From the NCBI RefSeq assembly GCF_000018105.1, contig NC_009926.1:1-32000 (forward strand): a stretch of 32,000 nt of DNA, read 5' to 3'. Positions 8,739 through 18,180 of this stretch are shown piece by piece. The stretch comes from Acaryochloris marina MBIC11017. Lineage in GTDB: Bacteria; Cyanobacteriota; Cyanobacteriia; Thermosynechococcales; Thermosynechococcaceae. Each line of letters opens with the position of its first letter. Within the stretch, counting starts at the first letter, position 1. Both the position numbers and the translations under genes were made by a program. The notes under the pieces were generated by a model that worked only from the letters and a program-made list of their open reading frames with translations, ran no database searches and was not told the DNA's origin.

Positions 8739-9581
8739 TTATTTGGACTGGGATTTTTGAGGTGGAGACTGAGTTTGAGCCGTTCTCTGAGTCGCTGATT
8801 TGCGCCGATAACTATCGGCTTGAATTTCGATAATCAAGCCATGATGAATTAAGCGATCAATGGCAGCCACCGCCATCATCGAATCAGTGAAAATGTCATC
8901 CCATTGGCTGAAGGGTTGATTCGCTGTAATCAACAAACTTTTTCGTTCATAGCGATGCGCAATTAATTCAAACAGAACGGACGTTTCCGCTTCCGACTTT
9001 TTGCAATAGCCCAAGTCATCCAAGATCAACAGATCATAGCGGTCCAGTTTTTTGAGCATTGGATGCAGCTGCAGTTGGAGCTTCGCCTGTTGCAGTTGCT
9101 GGACCAATGCGTTGGCTGCAAAGAACTTCACCCGCTTACCGAATTCCAGCATCTTTTTGGACACCCCAGTGGCCAGATGTGTTTTTCCAACACCCGAGGG
9201 CCCCAGAATAAGGCAATTCTCGGCGCGCTCCAACCAACCCGGATCTGCGGCTAATTGCATCAAGGGAGCTGGATTGAGCTGGGGACAATGGCTAAAGTCA
9301 AAGTTGGTAAAACTTTTTGCGTTTGGGAGCCTGGCTTCGGTGAGGGCACGTTTTAGACGAGCTTGTTCTCTTCGTTGGGCCTCCGTTTCGCACAAGGCTA
9401 GTAAGAATTCCGCATAAGACCAGTTTTCCTGCATGGCTTGGGATTCGATAGATTCCCAATGGGTCAACATGTGGGAGAGCCTGAGCTTTTTTAAATAGAG
9501 GCTCAGGTGCTGGTAGGGGCTCAGCGGGGACTGAGCAGGAGGGGAGGAGTTTGTCATAAAGTTCAAGTGAATGTTGTTCAA
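8739..9581 (-). CDS. istB: IS21-family helper ATPase IstB
   Basis: Walker A LILGPSGVGKTHLA, Walker B LLILDDLGY, and a typical IstB N-terminus (..WSYAEFLLALCETEAQRREQARLKRALTEARLP..KSFTNFDF). The true start may be the ATG at 9557. Confidence 0.9.
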   Translation of the reverse strand: MNNIHLNFMTNSSPPAQSPLSPYQHLSLYLKKLRLSHMLTHWESIESQAMQENWSYAEFLLALCETEAQRREQARLKRALTEARLPNAKSFTNFDFSHCPQLNPAPLMQLAADPGWLERAENCLILGPSGVGKTHLATGVSKKMLEFGKRVKFFAANALVQQLQQAKLQLQLHPMLKKLDRYDLLILDDLGYCKKSEAETSVLFELIAHRYERKSLLITANQPFSQWDDIFTDSMMAVAAIDRLIHHGLIIEIQADSYRRKSATQRTAQTQSPPQKSQSK

Positions 9582-11034
9582 TGCTGAGGTCAGGAACCTG
9601 CTTCATCTGAGGCGGCTCAAACTGTTTTTTCAGGCGATTGAGGGTAAGGCTGGATGAGCGAAGCTGCTGCTGTAAGTACACTGCTACGGCCTGTTCTTTA
9701 TCTTGAACCGCAGCAATATACAGGGCTTCCACGATGATCTTGGCAGCCTGCTCCAGGTCAAATTGGGCTTTGAGCTGTTCCCAGATTTGGCGGTATTCAG
9801 GATTGGGAAGTAGGTCTGATTGCCAGGTGCAATAGATAAAAGCACGAGGCTTCAATCGCATTGAACCAATAACATGGCGATAGTTGATGCAACGGTCGCG
9901 ACGTTTGCCTTTGCCACTGACGCGCTTCCTCGGCAATTCCACCACCGGGTGTCGCTCCAGATAGCCGACAATCCGGTCATGGTATAGATGCAGTTCCAAT
10001 TGACGACCAATCAGTCGAGAAGGGACGGTGTATAGAATGCAGCGAACATCGATGGTGCTGCGTTTGCTGACTTTAGCCGTGAGCACTTCATAGTCAGGGG
10101 TTCGATATTTGGGCAGTGGTTGTAGATGGTCTTTCTCTTGCTCATACTTGGTTTGGCACTGCTGATTCAACTTGGCAACCTGTGCATCAATTAAGGCTTG
10201 ATACTCAGCAACGCTCGTAAAATCTGCACTGCCGCGCAGATAGATCGCCTGCTTAATTCGGTTCTTCAGATGACCATGGGGAGATTCAATGGAGCCATTC
10301 TCATGGGCTACACCTTTGTTGTTACGAGTGGGTTCTAGCCGATAGTGGTCACACAGTTCGTCGTACAGACGAGTGAGGTTTTTGGACCGGCGGCCGCCCA
10401 TGTTGCGATAGGCTGCACTCAAACTATCAGTACGATGCTGTGTAGGAACACCTCCACAGGCTGCAAAGGCATTTTGCAATCCTTCTGAGAGGGCGACAAA
10501 GCTTTCGCCTCCTTCGATGATCTGGGCATATCGCCAGCCGCTGTATCCCAGACGGTAATGGTATATCAGGTGCTCAAAGGGTTTGCCGGCAATGGTAATC
10601 GTGATGCCCTTGAGTTCTGTAAAGTCGGAAAACCCTTGTACCCCGGGTTCATGACGCAATTCAAACATCACTTCAGGGCTTGGTCCATGTAAGGCTTTCC
10701 ACGTTCTCACCCGACGTTGTAGGGTCCGCAGGACTTGGGGATACTGGCCTGGATACTTATCCTGCAGGTACTCATACAGGGTCATGGGTTTGAGGCGTGG
10801 GTCTCGACGCAGCATTGGTTCTAGCTCGTCTTCCCACACATCAGCTAAGGGGTCGGGAACGGTGCGTTGGTCCTGAAGGCGGCCGCGATTAGGTTGATGG
10901 GTGCCGGCCTCAATTCGTTGTCCGGTTCTTGTAGATATTTCGGCAATGTAAGCTGCTTCAGCTTGTTTCAAGCCGAGGTCTCTTCCGTTCATATAAACAC
11001 GAGTATGATAGGAATCAATTCTTTTGTTAGGCAC
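9298..11034 (-). CDS. istA: IS21-family transposase IstA (DDE)
   Basis: N-terminal HTH region and a DDE core (..FSDFTE.., ..HRTDSLSAAY.., ..NNKGVAHENGSIESPHGHLK..). The ORF runs about 284 nt into istB in another frame. The last ~90 codons look off-frame, so the functional stop is probably expected near 9560. Confidence 0.85.
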   Translation of the reverse strand: MPNKRIDSYHTRVYMNGRDLGLKQAEAAYIAEISTRTGQRIEAGTHQPNRGRLQDQRTVPDPLADVWEDELEPMLRRDPRLKPMTLYEYLQDKYPGQYPQVLRTLQRRVRTWKALHGPSPEVMFELRHEPGVQGFSDFTELKGITITIAGKPFEHLIYHYRLGYSGWRYAQIIEGGESFVALSEGLQNAFAACGGVPTQHRTDSLSAAYRNMGGRRSKNLTRLYDELCDHYRLEPTRNNKGVAHENGSIESPHGHLKNRIKQAIYLRGSADFTSVAEYQALIDAQVAKLNQQCQTKYEQEKDHLQPLPKYRTPDYEVLTAKVSKRSTIDVRCILYTVPSRLIGRQLELHLYHDRIVGYLERHPVVELPRKRVSGKGKRRDRCINYRHVIGSMRLKPRAFIYCTWQSDLLPNPEYRQIWEQLKAQFDLEQAAKIIVEALYIAAVQDKEQAVAVYLQQQLRSSSLTLNRLKKQFEPPQMKQVPDLSIEQHSLELYDKLLPSCSVPAEPLPAPEPLFKKAQALPHVDPLGIYRIPSHAGKLVLCGILTSLVRNGGPTKRTSSSKTCPHRSQAPKRKKFYQL

Positions 11035-11237
11035 TTGTACAGCCCTCTATTGATTAGGGATGTAAAAAGTGTCTTTTTTCTTGAGATTGAATTCTAGAAA
11101 CGCGATCTCACACATCATTTCTAGGGAATTGAGATCTAGTTTTATCCTTCTCAGGGGATGCCTGGTTTCTTCATAGCTATAGCCGACGTGACATCGTCAT
11201 TAATCCGTCAGCTCGATTGTCGTCTAATAGGCAATGG

Positions 11238-13125
11238 TTGGTCCGACTTGGAAGCAAGACACGGTGGACTTAATCGGGTCAAGAATCGGCTTCAACGATC
11301 TGCCAAAAGGGATGCCTACGTTGTTCCCGCGAACTGTAGCCGCATTGGAGTCTTGAATGCCTTACGGGACAAGAATATCCCTGGTGCTGATACCGCCAAT
11401 CTTATCTGTGGCACCTGCATTGCCAGAGAAGCCTGTATCAATGCAGATGGGCCAGGGTATGGGTTCTTGAATCAGCGGCGCAATGTCCTAGGTGCCCCAC
11501 TGTTGAGGGCACATCCTGACTCACTGCCCGACCCAGAGGATTACCCACTGGAAAACACGATGCTGATCTGGGATGAACCCGGTCAGAACTTCCAGGTCAA
11601 GCAGTCCGTGACTGTTACCTTTAGCGACTTGCAGCAAACCATCACAACCCTGATTATCTATCCAGAAATCTTTGCCCTAGTGCAACCGTTGCTCTCAGCC
11701 CTCCTCCCCTTGATGGATGGGTCTATAAAGCTAGGGAAATATGGCTTAAATCATCTAGCCCTCAAAAGCCGTTTGCCCGATATGGCAGGAGTGAAACTCG
11801 GAGAAATCGCCCTAATCCTGATGCCCAACCTGGGATTCCTCAATACCTCTTCCGACTATGGGATTGACCTTGCAGACTTACCCAAGCAACTCAGAAAGAA
11901 GTTCTCTGAACGGGACTCGGAGATGGCAGAGCAGGCCAGGAATGGGGTGGTTAAACAGTGGCTCATTCCCCTGATCCGAATCCTGCAAGGAGGAGCAGGA
12001 TGTATCCAAGTCAGTCGCTATGGCCTCCTGACCCTTAATACCCCCAATCCTCGACATCGAGACTTAGCCCAAGCTGCTCAAGCCAATGTATTTCTCGATG
12101 CCACCCTCTCCCGTGAAGACTTAGCACTCAAGCTGGGTTGCTCTCCTGATGAAATCTTAGTAGTTCGTCAAGCCGTCCCAGACACCGGAAATCTGGAGGT
12201 GATTCAGGTGGCCGACATGGGGCGCGTGGGCATGAGTCGAGGTGGGGATCAGACCAAGCGCATTGATGCACTAGTCCAGCATTACCAAGATTTGGATGCA
12301 GTGAATACTAGGACTATCGATTTTAAGCAGTTTGAAAAGGATGGGGCCTGGTGGCGTGATAGCCGAGGGGTGAATGATTTCCTCACCGTTCAGACCCTAG
12401 TACTGGTAGGCACTCCCTGTCGTAACCTCAATGACTTAGCTGCTGAGTTTGCCATCACGAGCGGATACTACCCAGAGGAAGAAGATCCAGCGTTCAAAGC
12501 TTTCGTGGACCGATCGATACTAGCTGAGATTCACCAAGCGATTGGACGACTCAGAGCACATCGACGCCCTGGAGAATCCCTGCAAGTGGTGTTGATTTCC
12601 AATATCGATATGGACATTCCGGTGCAGCAGATCCAAGCCAAGGATCTGACGATTGAAGCCGCCCACAAAACGGAGCGGGTAAGACTTGCGATTGAATCAG
12701 CCATCCTCCAGCTCCAAGCCAAAGGCGAGAAGGTCACTCAGCAGATCGTCTCAGCGATGACCAAAATCCCCAGAGGGACGATTGCGCGATACTGGCGTCT
12801 GTTCATTTCGCTTTTAGATAGTTTTAATAGCAAAGTGAACAATTCCAAGAATGTGTCAGAGGCAGACCAAGACTGCCATCAAGCGATTGCGGGTGTTCTA
12901 GATGAGCTGGCGGATCTGCCTATAGATGACCTACTACCCAGCCTCAATGAAGTGTTCTTTGACTGGCTCAAACCCAGAGAATGGGCCAACGTCTGGGACA
13001 AGGTGAGCATATCGTGCCAGATGGCGATTCTAGAGGGGGTGGCGATGATGTTACCAGTGAAGCTGCTGGAGGAAACGTTGCCAGAAAAACCCAATCAAAC
13101 AGTTCAGTTGAGCCAACATGTCTAA
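11238..13125 (+). pseudogene. plasmid replication primase-helicase (CyRepA1-like), 3' part
   Basis: Continues ..WSDLEARHGGL.., with a Walker B-like MLIWDEPGQ, helicase C-terminal motifs (TLVLVGTPCRN.., HQAIGRLRAHRR) and a C-terminal helical domain. The track ORF start at 11158 lies inside the IS end. Confidence 0.75.
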
Positions 13126-13367
13126 AAAAAGCTTGTTAAAGATCAAAAGAGATCTTGCATACGTTGTAGAACTCTTTGCTTATAATTCTCTAGTGTTGCG
13201 AAAGGGTCAGATTAAGAGAATGTAGAGAACATATACTAACTTACAAAAACTTGCGATGATAACCTGTCCATAATCATAAGCAGTATTACCACTAGTTTAC
13301 TTAATTAGTGATAGAAACACTCAAGCTTTGTTTTTCAACTCAGTGTATAAACTGTATTAACCTAAAT

Positions 13368-14546
13368 ATGTTCAGAAATAAACCAGTGAAACCATCTGTG
13401 CTTGATATCTTCTGTGGAGCAGGTGGTATGAGCCTTGGTTTTCAGAAAGCTGGCTGCAAGATACTGGGTGGAATAGATAACAACCCACATGCTGTAAAAA
13501 CTCACCATCAGAATTTCCCTAAATGCAAGTTGAAACTTGATGCTACTGACATTCGTGACATAGAAAATCTTGAAGATCTTGGTATAGATCCTAAAGAAGT
13601 AGACATTCTAATTGGTGGACCACCATGTCAAGTCTTTTCCAGAGTTGGCATTGGAAAAATGAAAAATCATTTAAAGCGAAATATTGAACAAGATCCAAGA
13701 AATTTTTTATACAAGGAATATATCCGATTTCTTCGTTATTATAAGCCTCTATTTTTTATAATAGAAAACGTTGATAATCTTGCAAATAAAAAAGATATAT
13801 TAGAAACAATTATAAAAGAATTAGAAGCTTGTGGATATCGAGTTGAATACAACGTTTTAGATGCATCAGATTTTGGAGTTCCTCAGCGAAGACTTAGGAT
13901 TTTTATCATCGGGTCACGCCTAGATCTAGGATGGAAACCAATTTTTCCAAAATCAAAAACTAAAATACCACTTACTGTCGGGGAAGCCATCAGTGACTTA
14001 CTTGAACTTCAACCTACTGCTATGCCTTTAAAACTCAAATCTAGTGGGCCTAAACAGAAAGATTGTGAACTACCATATCGTAGTGCGCCTGAATCAGGGT
14101 ATCAACGTATCATGCGACGATATAACGGTGATCTTGTAAGAAACCATATATGCCGTGCTCATAACTATGAAGATCTAAAAATATTTGACATGCTGAAACA
14201 AGGACAAAAATATGGTGATTTACCTCAGGAGGTAATGCGTTATCGGGTCGATATTTTTAAGGATAAGTACAAACGTCTTATCTGGGATGATCTATCTTGG
14301 ACACTAACTGCTCATATGCGTAAAGATTGCTTAGCCTACATTCACCCTACTCAAATACGAAGTATTTCAGTCAGAGAGGCTGGTAGGATTCAGAGTTTTC
14401 CTGATAACTTTATATTCTATGCGCCAATGACAAGAATGTTTGAGCTTGTGGGCAACTCAGTCCCCCCTCTTCTGGCTGAGTCTGTAGCGAAACCTATAGT
14501 AAAAAAGATTCGTGAATATTATAATGTACTAAGCTTAAAAGAATAA
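13368..14546 (+). CDS. DNA (cytosine-5)-methyltransferase
   Basis: Motif I DIFCGAGGMSLGF, motif IV GGPPCQVFS, motif VI FIIENV, motif VIII QRRLRIFIIG, motif IX-like RSISVREAGRIQSFPD, motif X GNSVPPLL. ATG at 13368; the track ORF begins at an upstream GTG. Confidence 0.93.
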   Translation: MFRNKPVKPSVLDIFCGAGGMSLGFQKAGCKILGGIDNNPHAVKTHHQNFPKCKLKLDATDIRDIENLEDLGIDPKEVDILIGGPPCQVFSRVGIGKMKNHLKRNIEQDPRNFLYKEYIRFLRYYKPLFFIIENVDNLANKKDILETIIKELEACGYRVEYNVLDASDFGVPQRRLRIFIIGSRLDLGWKPIFPKSKTKIPLTVGEAISDLLELQPTAMPLKLKSSGPKQKDCELPYRSAPESGYQRIMRRYNGDLVRNHICRAHNYEDLKIFDMLKQGQKYGDLPQEVMRYRVDIFKDKYKRLIWDDLSWTLTAHMRKDCLAYIHPTQIRSISVREAGRIQSFPDNFIFYAPMTRMFELVGNSVPPLLAESVAKPIVKKIREYYNVLSLKE

Positions 14547-14709
14547 TTAGCTAAGAATTATAAGAATAGATTTTTTAGCATATATTTATCTAACGGGATA
14601 TTTAAAATATTCATATATTTACTCCAATTTTAAATCCTAATAATAACATTCTTAACTGAGAATACTTCAAAAGTTATTTTTCCTTAGTAGAAATATTTCA
14701 GCAACGCTT

Positions 14710-16881
14710 ATGTCTCATAGTTCTATATCATCAGTTTCAACCTCTTTGCCACTACGTCCTAGGGCTCGATTACTGAGAACAATCGGAGATGAGTTAATTA
14801 GTAGCGAAATAGTTGCTGTAATTGAATTAGTAAAAAATGCTTATGATGCCGACGCTACTATTGTTTTAGTTAAATTTATTGAACCTCTTGAGACTGGTAA
14901 AGGATCAATTGAAATTATCGACAATGGTAATGGTATGTCACTCAAGATCATTGAAAAATCTTGGATGGAACCAGCAACTTTTTCAAAGAAAAATACTAAA
15001 TTTAGTAAGATTTATCGTCGTCGATTTTTAGGAGAAAAAGGTGTTGGGAGATTTGCAACATCAAAATTATCTGACTTTTTAGAAATCGTTACGAGGTATA
15101 TAGAGTCAGATAATGAAATACGAGCAATTTTTGATTGGAAGCAATTTGATGATGAAGAAAAATATTTAGATCAAGTAGAAGTTTTATGGGATATGACTAG
15201 CCCTGATGAAATTTGTTCTGAGGGTTCAATTATGATGTTGTATGACTCATGTGAGATTAGAGGTTCGGATGGAATCACGCATGGAACTATTCTACGAATG
15301 TCAGATCTTAGAGCTAATTGGGACAGGGACCAGCTTCTACTTCTTCGAACTGCCTTATCCCGATTAATTTCTCCATTCAGTGATGCGAAAGACTTTCAAG
15401 TCATTTTAGATCTGCCAAAACAATATGAAAATCTTTCTGGTAAAGTAGAGACTCCTAGAGTATTTGAAAAGCCTCCATACCGTATTAATGGAAAGGTAGA
15501 TTCTGAAGGAAATGCCAATCTTATTCTGAATGTTATGGGTAAAGATCCCCAACATATTTCAGAAGTTTTAGGGAAGGATAAAAATATACCTCAATGTGGA
15601 CCATTTGAGGTGGATATTCGAGTGTGGGACTTAGACAGAGATTCATTAAAACTATTAGTAAAAGATCAACAATCTACATTAAAAGATATTCGTAAAGATA
15701 TCAAGGACATAGCAGGAATTAACATTTACAGAGATCAATTTCGTGTGCTTCCATATGGAGAGAGAGACAATGACTGGTTGAGATTGGACATAAGGAGAGT
15801 ACAGGCTCCAACACTTCGCTTATCGAATAATCAGATCGTCGGGTACATACTCATTTCTTCTGACCTAAATCCCGAATTAAGAGATCAAAGTAACCGGGAG
15901 GGGATCGTAGAAAGCCAAGCATTAAGAGATTTACGATTCTTAGTAAGAACTATCCTAGCTAAACTTGAGGCTGAAAGATATAATACTCGTCGACAACAAG
16001 AGCAAGAAACTCCCATTTCTAGCCAAGGAAGCCTCTTTGGAAATTTTAATCTTGATCCGCTTCGGACAGCTCTAACCGAAAAATATGGTAAAGAGAAAGA
16101 TCTCATAGGCATAATTGATAGCCAGGAAAAACAGCTTGAAGAGAGAGTAAAAGTCGTAAAAGAGGTGTTATCTAGATATCAACGCCTTGCTTCACTTGGA
16201 CAATTAATAGATACTATTCTTCACGATGGTCGAGCTCCATTATATAAGATTGATAATGAAGCTACATTACTAATTAAAAATATTGAGAAATCTGATAATA
16301 ATAATTCATTATTTGATAAATTAAAAAAACGAGGCGAATCGATAAAAAAATATTCTTCACTATTAGGAAATCTTTTCAAAAAAATTGAACCTTTTGGAGG
16401 ACGCAAGCGAGGTCGTCCTAAAAAAATAATTCTTGAAGAAGTTATTTCAGATGCATTCATGCTGTTAGAAAGCGATCTAAACAAAGCAAACATTAAAATT
16501 CATATTCCAACAACTAAAACTACAGTTTTTGTCGAGTCTTCTGAGTTACAGCAGGTGATTATGAATCTTGTTGATAACAGTATATATTGGCTTAATAGTG
16601 TTGACGAAGATAAGAGATATATTAATGTATCTATTTCAAATAAGGAAAATCCTTCTGATGGAATTGATATTATATACTCTGATTCTGGTCCAGGTATAGA
16701 AGAAAAATTTAGAGAACATATTTTTGATCCATATTTTTCTACTAAACCTGATGGTGTCGGCCTTGGATTAGCAATTGCTGGGGAGATTTTAACAGAGTTT
16801 TACGAAGGAAGTTTAGAGCTGATAGAGAATACTTCTTCTTCTGGAGTTACATTCCGTATTCATCTAAATAAGAGAGTTTAG
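14710..16881 (+). CDS. dual-GHKL protein: N-terminal MORC/MutL-like ATPase module fused to a HisKA + HATPase_c histidine kinase core
   Basis: N-terminal Bergerat motifs: VIELVKNAYDADA (N-box), IEIIDNGNGM (G1), GEKGVGRFA (G2). C-terminal kinase motifs: H-box LIDTILHDGRAPL (His505, codon 16222-16224), N-box VIMNLVDNSIYW, G1 YSDSGPGI, F-box FDPYFSTK, G2 GVGLGLAIA. No transmembrane segment or classical sensor domain is visible. Confidence 0.8.
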   Translation: MSHSSISSVSTSLPLRPRARLLRTIGDELISSEIVAVIELVKNAYDADATIVLVKFIEPLETGKGSIEIIDNGNGMSLKIIEKSWMEPATFSKKNTKFSKIYRRRFLGEKGVGRFATSKLSDFLEIVTRYIESDNEIRAIFDWKQFDDEEKYLDQVEVLWDMTSPDEICSEGSIMMLYDSCEIRGSDGITHGTILRMSDLRANWDRDQLLLLRTALSRLISPFSDAKDFQVILDLPKQYENLSGKVETPRVFEKPPYRINGKVDSEGNANLILNVMGKDPQHISEVLGKDKNIPQCGPFEVDIRVWDLDRDSLKLLVKDQQSTLKDIRKDIKDIAGINIYRDQFRVLPYGERDNDWLRLDIRRVQAPTLRLSNNQIVGYILISSDLNPELRDQSNREGIVESQALRDLRFLVRTILAKLEAERYNTRRQQEQETPISSQGSLFGNFNLDPLRTALTEKYGKEKDLIGIIDSQEKQLEERVKVVKEVLSRYQRLASLGQLIDTILHDGRAPLYKIDNEATLLIKNIEKSDNNNSLFDKLKKRGESIKKYSSLLGNLFKKIEPFGGRKRGRPKKIILEEVISDAFMLLESDLNKANIKIHIPTTKTTVFVESSELQQVIMNLVDNSIYWLNSVDEDKRYINVSISNKENPSDGIDIIYSDSGPGIEEKFREHIFDPYFSTKPDGVGLGLAIAGEILTEFYEGSLELIENTSSSGVTFRIHLNKRV

Positions 16882-16882
16882 T

Positions 16883-18049
16883 ATGTTTGAAATTACTACT
16901 TGGAGACTACTTATTGTTGATGATGATGAGGAAATATGTAAACAAGTTAAAGAAATATTAGAGGACGAAGAAATTAACAATGTTAGACTTTCTATTATAA
17001 TTACAACCGATTTTAATGATGCACTTGAAATCTTAGAGAATCAACGGATTGATCTCATCATCCTTGATGTTCGCGAAGGTTCACATGATGATAATCCTTC
17101 AGAAGAAATTGGAATAATTACATTAAACAAGATAAAAGAGAAGTGTTTTTTACCTATAATCTTTAATACCGGATTACCAAATCTAGTTGAACACTTAAGA
17201 TCTAACCTTATTCGTATTGTTCGAAAAGGAAAATCTGAAGAGTTATGGAATGAAATCAACAATGTATTTACAAGTAACCTACCAATTATTAATCGAGCAT
17301 TAGTACATCATTTCGAAGAGATACAGCGTCAATATATGTGGGAATTCATAGCTGATAATTGGCAAAGTATTTCTAGAGATAATGATAATCATGAATTAGC
17401 ACATTTATTAGCTCGAAGAATTTCTTTATCTTTATCAGCCGAAGAAATTTTAAGTTGGGTTTCACAACTAGGATTTACAAGTAAGGATTCAATTAAAAAA
17501 GAAGAGGTATCTCAAAGCCACCCTATTACTTATTACTTAATACCTCCTATTTCGAATTATCCACGACCTGGTGATTTATACGTTAAAGATAAAGAGGATA
17601 ATCCTACATATTGGGTTATTCTTAATCCATCTTGTGACTTTATTATTCGCAAGAATGGCAAGTGTAAAGTGGAGTATATCTTACTTGCTAACGCAAGTAA
17701 ATTGTCTGATCAAGAAGAGTATAAAAGCTGGTGTTTAAATTATTCAAACAGTCAAAAGAAAAAATTGATTAAACTAATTCAGGATAATAGAGAAGGTCAG
17801 TCAGAGCGTTTTTATTTTTTACCTGGTGTATGTGATTTTCCCGATTTAATTGTCGATTTCCAAGTTGTTGTTAGTATTAAGTATGATGATTTATCCAATG
17901 GAGCTTATAATCGGCTTGCTTCACTCGATAGTCCTCATGCTGAAGCCTTACTTACTAGATTCTCTCGGTACTTTGGCAGAGTAGGAAAACCTGACTTAGA
18001 TGCCGAAAGTATTCTATCTAAACTGCAGGAGGTTATCAGCAAGGATTAA
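16883..18049 (+). CDS. response-regulator receiver (REC) domain protein with an unknown ~260-aa C-terminal output domain
   Basis: REC signatures: LLIVDDDEE acidic pocket, DLIILD (Asp62, codon 17066-17068), IIFNTG, VRKGK. The start codon lies 1 nt after the kinase stop (TAG-t-ATG). The C-terminal domain (..PGDLYVKD..WVILNPSCDF..RFYFLPG..LIVDFQ..ASLDSPHAEALLTRFSRYFGRVGKPDL) matches nothing I can name. Confidence 0.8.
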   Translation: MFEITTWRLLIVDDDEEICKQVKEILEDEEINNVRLSIIITTDFNDALEILENQRIDLIILDVREGSHDDNPSEEIGIITLNKIKEKCFLPIIFNTGLPNLVEHLRSNLIRIVRKGKSEELWNEINNVFTSNLPIINRALVHHFEEIQRQYMWEFIADNWQSISRDNDNHELAHLLARRISLSLSAEEILSWVSQLGFTSKDSIKKEEVSQSHPITYYLIPPISNYPRPGDLYVKDKEDNPTYWVILNPSCDFIIRKNGKCKVEYILLANASKLSDQEEYKSWCLNYSNSQKKKLIKLIQDNREGQSERFYFLPGVCDFPDLIVDFQVVVSIKYDDLSNGAYNRLASLDSPHAEALLTRFSRYFGRVGKPDLDAESILSKLQEVISKD

Positions 18050-18083
18050 GTATTTTTATTATCCTAAACACGCTAATCCAAAA

Positions 18084-18107
18084 CCTTGCACATTAGTGCA
18101 AGGCTTT
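18084..18107 (+). terminator. hairpin terminator after the REC-effector gene
   Basis: CCTTGCAC-atta-GTGCAAGG, an 8-bp perfect stem, followed by CTTT, 35 nt after the stop at 18049. The U tract is weak. Confidence 0.5.
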
Positions 18108-18180
18108 AGCTGCTACACACCTCTAAAAATAGAGATTTATAATACTAACAGCTAGAGGTTTTCATATCAAATCAGATCGA

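Larger units (their letters stand above)
8567..11237 (-). mobile_element. IS21-family insertion sequence (istA-istB), about 2.65 kb
   Basis: It holds the two diagnostic genes in the canonical order. End candidates are TGTCAACCCC..GCGATGTCGCG (from 8568) and its partial inverted copy CGTGACATCGTC..CCGTCA (to 11210). Alternatively, TTGG at 8563-8566 and 11238-11241 could be a 4-bp target duplication that restores the rep reading frame. Boundaries are uncertain by about 30 bp. Confidence 0.85.

Noticed and set aside
8585-8833. 82-aa plus-strand ORF just after the rep 5' fragment
   Set aside because: It lies in the IS21 end region and overlaps the istB 3' end. It is most likely the non-coding terminal region of the IS.
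12531-13094. Minus-strand ORFs of 68 and 71 aa inside the rep 3' fragment
   Set aside because: They are antisense to a motif-bearing helicase ORF, are Ser/Ala/Arg-rich like off-frame translations, and have no start context.
13155-13186. TTGCAT ... TATAAT as the promoter of the methyltransferase
   Set aside because: The spacer is 20 nt, too long for a canonical sigma-70 promoter. In such AT-rich DNA, -10-like hexamers occur by chance.
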